This document shows, in pieces, positions 27,539 to 32,552 of a DNA stretch of 32,552 nt. How positions within the stretch are numbered: the first letter of the stretch is position 1; every line of letters starts with the position of its first letter. The position numbers were made by a program, and so were the translations under genes. The DNA is from an uncultured Pseudomonadales bacterium (GTDB lineage Bacteria; Pseudomonadota; Gammaproteobacteria; Pseudomonadales; Azotimanducaceae), in contig CBDUKY010000001.1 of the NCBI GenBank assembly GCA_965367925.1, positions 1 through 32,552 of the forward strand. Reading direction: 5' to 3'. Under the pieces are notes generated by a model. The model was not told the origin of the DNA. It made no database searches and saw nothing but the letters and a program-made list of their open reading frames with translations.

Positions 27539-28483
27539 ATGTCAAAATGGCGAACAGCAATTTTAGTCTTGCTCGGTGGCCTCACCGCCACCCTTGCCTT
27601 TGCGCTCGTCACGCTCCTGAAACCTGCACAGTCACAACAGGTTCAACTCGAATTCAACGGTGAGACAATTTCTCTCGCCGCTTTCGGTGATCAAGGCACA
27701 GGAAACTTACAACAATGGCGAGTCGCTGACGCCGTTGAAGAACTTGCAGATACAACCAGACTTGATTTTGTGGCTTTACTCGGGGATAACTTTTATCGGT
27801 TCGGTGTTAACACCCCTGATGATTTGCAGTGGCGCTATAAGTTCGAAAACGTTTATACCGGCAGTCTTTCAGCCACGCCGTTTTTTGCCACCCTGGGCAA
27901 CCACGATTACTACGGCAATGAAGTGGCACAGATCAACTATGATCTTTTCGATAAAGGTTCTGGTCGCTGGCAGATGCCAGCCCGCGACTATATTAAGCAA
28001 TTTGGCTTATCAGAAGATAAACCGTTACTGACGGTTGTATTTATAGATACAGGATTGATCCTGCGTGACTACGCAGAAATCGCGCAGAAACTCGATACGC
28101 TATTAGACGCAGCCACACCCGCGCACTGGCGTATCGTCATGAGCCACTCAATGTTACGTACCGGGACGAGGGAATATTACAATCCAACCCTCACCAATCA
28201 GCTGATACCCGTGTTAAAAAAACATCAGGTAGACGCCTATCTTTCTGGTCATGATCATAACCTCCAGATTATTCAGCGAGCAGGAGAACCTGCATTTATT
28301 ATTGTTGGCACTGGTGGCAAATACGGCAAGGAAATCGACCCTGGCTTTGAGCCAGGGCTAAAGTTTTCTCATACAGGTCTTGGATTTGTTCATCTGCAGG
28401 CTAACAAGGATCGCGTAATCGTAACGGCTTTCGATATCAACAACCAGTCACTCTATGAGTACAATTTACAACAACTACCTTAA
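27539..28483 (+). CDS. calcineurin-like metallophosphoesterase, purple acid phosphatase (ACP5/TRAP)-like, exported or membrane-anchored
   Basis: Ordered metal-ligand motifs GDQGTG, GDNFY, GNHDY, an SH-containing strand (VMSHS) and GHDHNLQ, the last identical to the mammalian type-5 acid phosphatase motif. N-terminal hydrophobic signal or anchor MSKWRTAILVLLGGLTATLAFALV. Confidence 0.8.
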   Translation: MSKWRTAILVLLGGLTATLAFALVTLLKPAQSQQVQLEFNGETISLAAFGDQGTGNLQQWRVADAVEELADTTRLDFVALLGDNFYRFGVNTPDDLQWRYKFENVYTGSLSATPFFATLGNHDYYGNEVAQINYDLFDKGSGRWQMPARDYIKQFGLSEDKPLLTVVFIDTGLILRDYAEIAQKLDTLLDAATPAHWRIVMSHSMLRTGTREYYNPTLTNQLIPVLKKHQVDAYLSGHDHNLQIIQRAGEPAFIIVGTGGKYGKEIDPGFEPGLKFSHTGLGFVHLQANKDRVIVTAFDINNQSLYEYNLQQLP

Positions 28484-29343
28484 GTATCAGGCTTCGACTG
28501 GATCTCAATACTGCCATTTAGATGAACATCCTGCTGAGGGTATGCAATAACGACGCCGTTTTCTCTGAACAATCTGTCTATGGTAAAACGAACATCACTT
28601 CGGATTAATCTGGCACCCCTTTCACCACCTGTGTTTACCCAGAAGTAGACATCGAAGTTAAGCGCGCTATCACCGAAGTCAGCGAAAAACACAACAGGCG
28701 CAGGGTCTGTTAACACATCACTATGAGACTGGGAAGCTTCCATGAGTAAGCGTCTCACCAGCTCAACATCAGACCCATAGGCAACACCTACCCGGATAAT
28801 ACAACGCAATAAATTATCCACGAGCGTCCAGTTTACAACCATCTCTTCTAACAGTTTCGAATTCGGGACTAACAGGTGGACGCCATCAACTCGTCGGATT
28901 CTGGTTGAGCGCGTGTTAATTTCTTCAATGGTGCCGGTGGTGTCCCCTACTTCTATAAAATCATTAATTCAAATAGGTCTTTCCCACATCAAGATCCAGC
29001 CGCTGATAAAATTATTAATGATATTTTGTGCGCCAAAACCTACACCAATAGCCACAGCACCAGAAACGAAAGCAAAAGCAGTCAGTGGGACATTGATAAA
29101 ATCCAGTGTGGTAATAACCAGGATAATCAACCCAACAATGGTCAATGCGCGTCGAACAATTTGTACTATATCGGGATTAACACCACGCTTTCTGAGACTC
29201 TTATCAGCACGGCTGACAAGCCAACTGACAAGCAAGTAGCCGACAATCAACAATACAGGAACGGCGAGGACGTGGGATACAGTCACATCAACACCAACTA
29301 TCGTAATCAGCTTTTGATCGAGCAATGCTTGGAATTTCTCCAT
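28480..29343 (-). pseudogene. MscS-family mechanosensitive channel gene interrupted by one in-frame TGA (28969-28971)
   Basis: Track ORFs 28969..29343 and 28480..28842 share a frame. The 126 nt between them read through as INDFIEVGDTTGTIEEINTRSTRIRRVDGVHLLVPNSKLLEE. The joined 287-codon product is a full-length small MscS: TM helices, GFGAQNIINNFISGWILMWERPI*INDFIEVGD, and the C-terminal alpha/beta domain. Confidence 0.7.
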
Positions 29344-29536
29344 CAGACTGGCTTTCCCCGTTGATAGGCTTGTTGTAATTTATTTTTGCCGCACGGAAAG
29401 CATAACCTGAATAGGATTAAGTGCATATTATTAACGCGCTGCAGCAGATCCGGGGATTCCCCTGCCAAATGGCACTTTTTGGCTTGTAAGTCTCATGACA
29501 AGGTCTACTATGATTAGTGAGGTTACATTTGGATAT

Positions 29537-29947
29537 ATGATGATAAAGATAGCAGTCGCCGCATTTAGCCTTGGTTTTTTGACTACCACCGCGCAGGCAG
29601 CAACTGGCGAGATGAATCAGTTAACCAGTCTAGCGGTCCCGACCTTTGAATGTAACCTACCGAAATTCAAACCCTCTGGTATTGCAACCAATGAAATCCG
29701 TCAGCTTCAGAAGATTGAGTCACGTTATAAACGCTGCGTAACCCGTTTTAAGAACAAGCTTGGAGAATATAAAAAGAACCTGGTAGCCCTTAAGAAAACA
29801 GTCTCTACACCTGAACATCGCCAGCTGCTTGACGAGAGAATTCACTGGGTAGACTGGGCCTTGTCCCAACCCATGGAACTTAAAGGTCCAGCGAGTTTGC
29901 GCCAGCCAGATGAAAGAGATTACTACGACCCACATCACGGCGGCTAA
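29537..29947 (+). CDS. hypothetical small exported protein
   Basis: Signal peptide MMIKIAVAAFSLGFLTTTAQA/A from ATG 29537 (M15 of the track ORF). The mature protein is about 115 aa, Lys/Arg-rich, predicted helical, with two Cys. Ends 15 nt before the acylase gene. Confidence 0.5.
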   Translation: MMIKIAVAAFSLGFLTTTAQAATGEMNQLTSLAVPTFECNLPKFKPSGIATNEIRQLQKIESRYKRCVTRFKNKLGEYKKNLVALKKTVSTPEHRQLLDERIHWVDWALSQPMELKGPASLRQPDERDYYDPHHGG

Positions 29948-29962
29948 TCGGAACTCCATGTT

Positions 29963-32122
29963 ATGAAACCTGTTTTTAAAGGGACCCTGCTCCTTGTACT
30001 TTTGACACTAGTAGCCTGCGCTACTTATCTCTGGTCCCCCTTTACAGCAAATCAATCTCTTACAGCGGCCCTTGCAGCTTCAGCGCAATACGATGTTGAG
30101 ATCATACGAGATGAATGGGGCGTGCCACACATCTTTGGCGTGACTGATTGGGATACGGCGTTCGGTCTAGGCTATGCACAATCAGAAGATGATCTGGAAA
30201 ACATCCAGTCCGTGGTTGCAGCAACCAGAGGTAGACTTGCAAGGTACCAGGGTAAGGACGCCGCCGCTGCTGACTATCTAGTTAACCTGATGGGTATCTG
30301 GCCACTCGTAGATAGCCGCTACCAGACACTAAAACCTGAAACCAGAAAAGTCGCTGAGGCCTACGCCGCAGGCGTAAACCTGTTTGCCGCTGAACATCCT
30401 GATATTGCCTGGCAAGGTTTATATCCTCTGACAGGCAAAGACGTGATAGCTGGTTTCGTTTTCAAAACGCCCTTCTTCTATGGCGCAGACAAGGTATTTA
30501 CAAATCTATTTACCGGTACTGGTGAACGCACCCTTGCCATTGCACCAGTAGACCAGGCAAAGGCATTTCATTTATCCACGAATCACAATCTATTCGAAAT
30601 TGGATCTAACGGTATCGCTGTGGCACCTAATCGAACAACTGATGGCGCAACCCGCTTGATTGTTAATTCACACCAGCCATATAAAGGTCCCGTCGCCTGG
30701 TACGAGGTACACCTGGTTAGCGAACAAGGATTGGATATGTATGGTGGCACCTTCCCAGGCGGCCCTGTCGTCTTCCATGGCTTTAATCGACATCTTGGCT
30801 GGGCTAATACTGTCAACAATCCAGATCTCATTGATGTCTATCAACTTTCCCTAAACCCGGACAATGAAAATGAATATCTACTGGATGGGAGCTATGTCAA
30901 ATTTGAAACTTCAACGGCCAATATCGATGTTGGTCTCTGGGGACCCTTTGCGTACCCGGCCAAAGAAAAGGTATATCGATCCGTACATGGGCCAGTCCTA
31001 AAAACAGAGCAAGGTGCTTTTGCGATTCGCTATGCAGGTATGAATGAAGTTCGTCATCTCGAACAGTATCTGGCACTGAACAAGGCAAGCAATTATCAGC
31101 AATGGTACGACGCAATGAAGATATTGGCGTTGCCTAGCATTAACTACATCTACGCGGATCAGACGGGCAATGTCGGATTTGTGCACAATGGCCAGTACCC
31201 AAAACGAAAACCGGGTTGGCAGTGGCAAGATGACCTACCAGGGGATAGAAAGGATCTCATCTGGCAGGCTTATCATGATTTCTCAGAGGTACCGCAACTA
31301 ATCAATCCGCCATCAGGCATTGTCTTTAATGCAAATAACAAACCTTTCTCCGCCACCAACGGCGAAGGGAATCTCAGCCCTGAATCCTATCCACCTGAAT
31401 TTGGCTTACAAACTAACGATACTAATCGATCACTTCGACTTGAGGAGTTAACTGCAGGTGGTGGCCTGTTGAGTCGAGCTGACCTGCTGACAATCAAATT
31501 TGATAAGCGCTATTCACATAGATCAAAGGCAGCGAGCACCATCACCAGGGTACTCACCCATGACTGGCAGGGTGATGAGCGCATGGAACGAGCAACGGAA
31601 CATCTGGCAAACTGGGATTTTAGTACCGACATTGAAAATCGGCATGCCGCGCTTGGTGTATTGACTGCCTTCGGTGCCGCCATATCAAAACTCGATAAAG
31701 ATAAAGCAGCCATTCATGCATTCGAAGCAGCAGTCGAGCTTCTCGAGAAAAATTATCATCGAATCGATCCAACCTGGGGCGAGGTAAACCGTATCGTCAG
31801 AGGCAAGATTGATCTACCTATCGCCGGGGGACCAGATATTTTGCGAGCAGTCTATCCCGCTAAAATTCGAGAAGATGGTAAGTTACATGCCAGTGGTGGC
31901 GACACACTGATTATTCTTGCCGAGTGGGATAAGTCTGGAAAGGTCAAGGGCTCCACGATTCATCAATTCGGTAGCGCAACTCTCGATCAAATGTCTAGTC
32001 ACTTTGCTGATCAGACACCACTGTTCGCTGCGGAAAAATTTCGCCCTGTATTGCTTGATCGTGATGTTATTGAACAGCATGGGACGAGAATTTATCGCCC
32101 CGGCAAGATTGTTAGCCAATAA
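29963..32122 (+). CDS. penicillin-acylase-family Ntn hydrolase (peptidase S45), predicted lipoprotein; possible acyl-homoserine-lactone or other N-acyl amide acylase
   Basis: 719 aa with a lipobox (LLTLVA/C). The internal GSNGIAVAP matches the autoprocessing site where Ser becomes the beta-subunit N-terminal nucleophile (family pattern G-S-N-x-x-A). The overall alpha-spacer-beta length fits the family. Confidence 0.75.
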   Translation: MKPVFKGTLLLVLLTLVACATYLWSPFTANQSLTAALAASAQYDVEIIRDEWGVPHIFGVTDWDTAFGLGYAQSEDDLENIQSVVAATRGRLARYQGKDAAAADYLVNLMGIWPLVDSRYQTLKPETRKVAEAYAAGVNLFAAEHPDIAWQGLYPLTGKDVIAGFVFKTPFFYGADKVFTNLFTGTGERTLAIAPVDQAKAFHLSTNHNLFEIGSNGIAVAPNRTTDGATRLIVNSHQPYKGPVAWYEVHLVSEQGLDMYGGTFPGGPVVFHGFNRHLGWANTVNNPDLIDVYQLSLNPDNENEYLLDGSYVKFETSTANIDVGLWGPFAYPAKEKVYRSVHGPVLKTEQGAFAIRYAGMNEVRHLEQYLALNKASNYQQWYDAMKILALPSINYIYADQTGNVGFVHNGQYPKRKPGWQWQDDLPGDRKDLIWQAYHDFSEVPQLINPPSGIVFNANNKPFSATNGEGNLSPESYPPEFGLQTNDTNRSLRLEELTAGGGLLSRADLLTIKFDKRYSHRSKAASTITRVLTHDWQGDERMERATEHLANWDFSTDIENRHAALGVLTAFGAAISKLDKDKAAIHAFEAAVELLEKNYHRIDPTWGEVNRIVRGKIDLPIAGGPDILRAVYPAKIREDGKLHASGGDTLIILAEWDKSGKVKGSTIHQFGSATLDQMSSHFADQTPLFAAEKFRPVLLDRDVIEQHGTRIYRPGKIVSQ

Positions 32123-32141
32123 CAATTATGCTGCGTTTACT

Positions 32142-32552
32142 TTAAGAGACTGACTTCGCTGCTTGTAGCTCATTCACCACAGCGGCTAACCTTTTCACAC
32201 CAGTACGAATTTGCGCTTCAGTTAACGATGCATAGCCCAGGATAAGCTCAGCCTCTGTAGGTGGTGTCATATAGTAACCTTCACTGCTATAAACCCCTAC
32301 TTGTTGCTCAGCACATTGGTGAATCAATACCGGCACTTGATCAGCGCTAATCGTGTGTAATTTTAGCAGGACGTGAATACCCGCTCCGCTACCAATAAGC
32401 GTTGCCCGATTGCCAAGGTGTTTCTCAACGGCCTGCATCAGGACTTGACGTTTAACCCCATGGCGTTTTCTTACCCGATGTATGTGTCGCTGTAGATGAC
32501 CAGCTGATATAAATTCCGCAAAGGCAAGTTGTATCAAGCCCGGTGTATTATT
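32142..32552 (-). CDS. MocR/PdxR-type regulator (GntR HTH + aminotransferase-like domain), C-terminal fragment only
   Basis: The frame stays open to the window end (NNTPGLIQLAFAEFISAGHLQRHIHRVRKRHGVKRQVL...). This LAxAxFIxxGxxxRHIRRxR segment and the following fold-type-I C-terminal subdomain are typical of MocR-family proteins. The N-terminus lies outside the window. Confidence 0.6.
   Translation of the reverse strand, partial: NNTPGLIQLAFAEFISAGHLQRHIHRVRKRHGVKRQVLMQAVEKHLGNRATLIGSGAGIHVLLKLHTISADQVPVLIHQCAEQQVGVYSSEGYYMTPPTEAELILGYASLTEAQIRTGVKRLAAVVNELQAAKSVS

Noticed and set aside
28969-28971. In-frame TGA in the MscS gene as selenocysteine or as evidence of a TGA-reassigned genetic code
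   Set aside because: TGA clearly terminates dbpA (13185-13187), the MBL hydrolase (18501-18503) and the DUF389-like gene (20897-20899). The position corresponds to a conserved Arg (CGA is one transition away), not a redox Cys. I see no SECIS-like stem-loop in the 40 nt after the TGA.
1-32552. Window-wide search by eye for CRISPR repeats, tRNA/rRNA, IS elements or inverted terminal repeats, integrases, phage genes, toxin-antitoxin pairs or known defence-system signatures
   Set aside because: None was found. Intergenic spacers are at most about 270 nt and lack repeat arrays or tRNA-like T-arm sequences. Every ORF over 100 aa that is not an antisense shadow is accounted for by the annotated genes.

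Overview
Densely packed (roughly 90% coding) chromosomal segment with about 27 protein-coding genes. It looks like ordinary core and accessory metabolism of a moderate-GC, probably aquatic or marine gammaproteobacterium. That taxon is an inference from near-colinear YbiT, DbpA and DeaD homologues and a TonB-receptor/beta-propeller-phytase locus. I found no rRNA, tRNA, CRISPR array, transposase, integrase, phage gene or recognisable defence or toxin-antitoxin module, and no obvious compositional island. Gene order, with strand: MFS transporter (partial, -), lipoprotein beta-propeller phytase (-), TonB-dependent receptor (-), cytochrome P450 (-), M48 peptidase (-), ABC-F ATPase YbiT (+), 7TMR-DISM diguanylate cyclase (-), MFE-2-type SDR (+), GST (-), DbpA (-), DeaD (-), LLM oxidoreductase (-), MBL hydrolase (+), alpha/beta hydrolase (+), MscS-family channel (+), lipoprotein (-), DUF389-like membrane protein (-), GT9 glycosyltransferase (+), CDF transporter (-), class II aldolase (+), epoxide-hydrolase-like alpha/beta hydrolase (-), unknown secreted protein (+), purple-acid-phosphatase-like metallophosphoesterase (+), a second MscS gene broken by one in-frame TGA (-), small secreted protein (+), Ntn-type acylase lipoprotein (+), MocR-type regulator (partial, -). 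I do not see a convincing new biological system. The items most worth a second look are: (1) the single in-frame TGA splitting an MscS gene; (2) the TBDR-phytase-MFS block with a structured, palindrome-bearing leader; (3) two unknown-secreted-protein-plus-exported-hydrolase pairs (unknown + PAP-like phosphatase, unknown + acylase); (4) the 2-nt-spaced deaD-dbpA tandem with an unusual upstream region; (5) stop-codon-sharing convergent gene pairs. Coordinates of small motifs come from manual reading and may be off by 1-2 nt.
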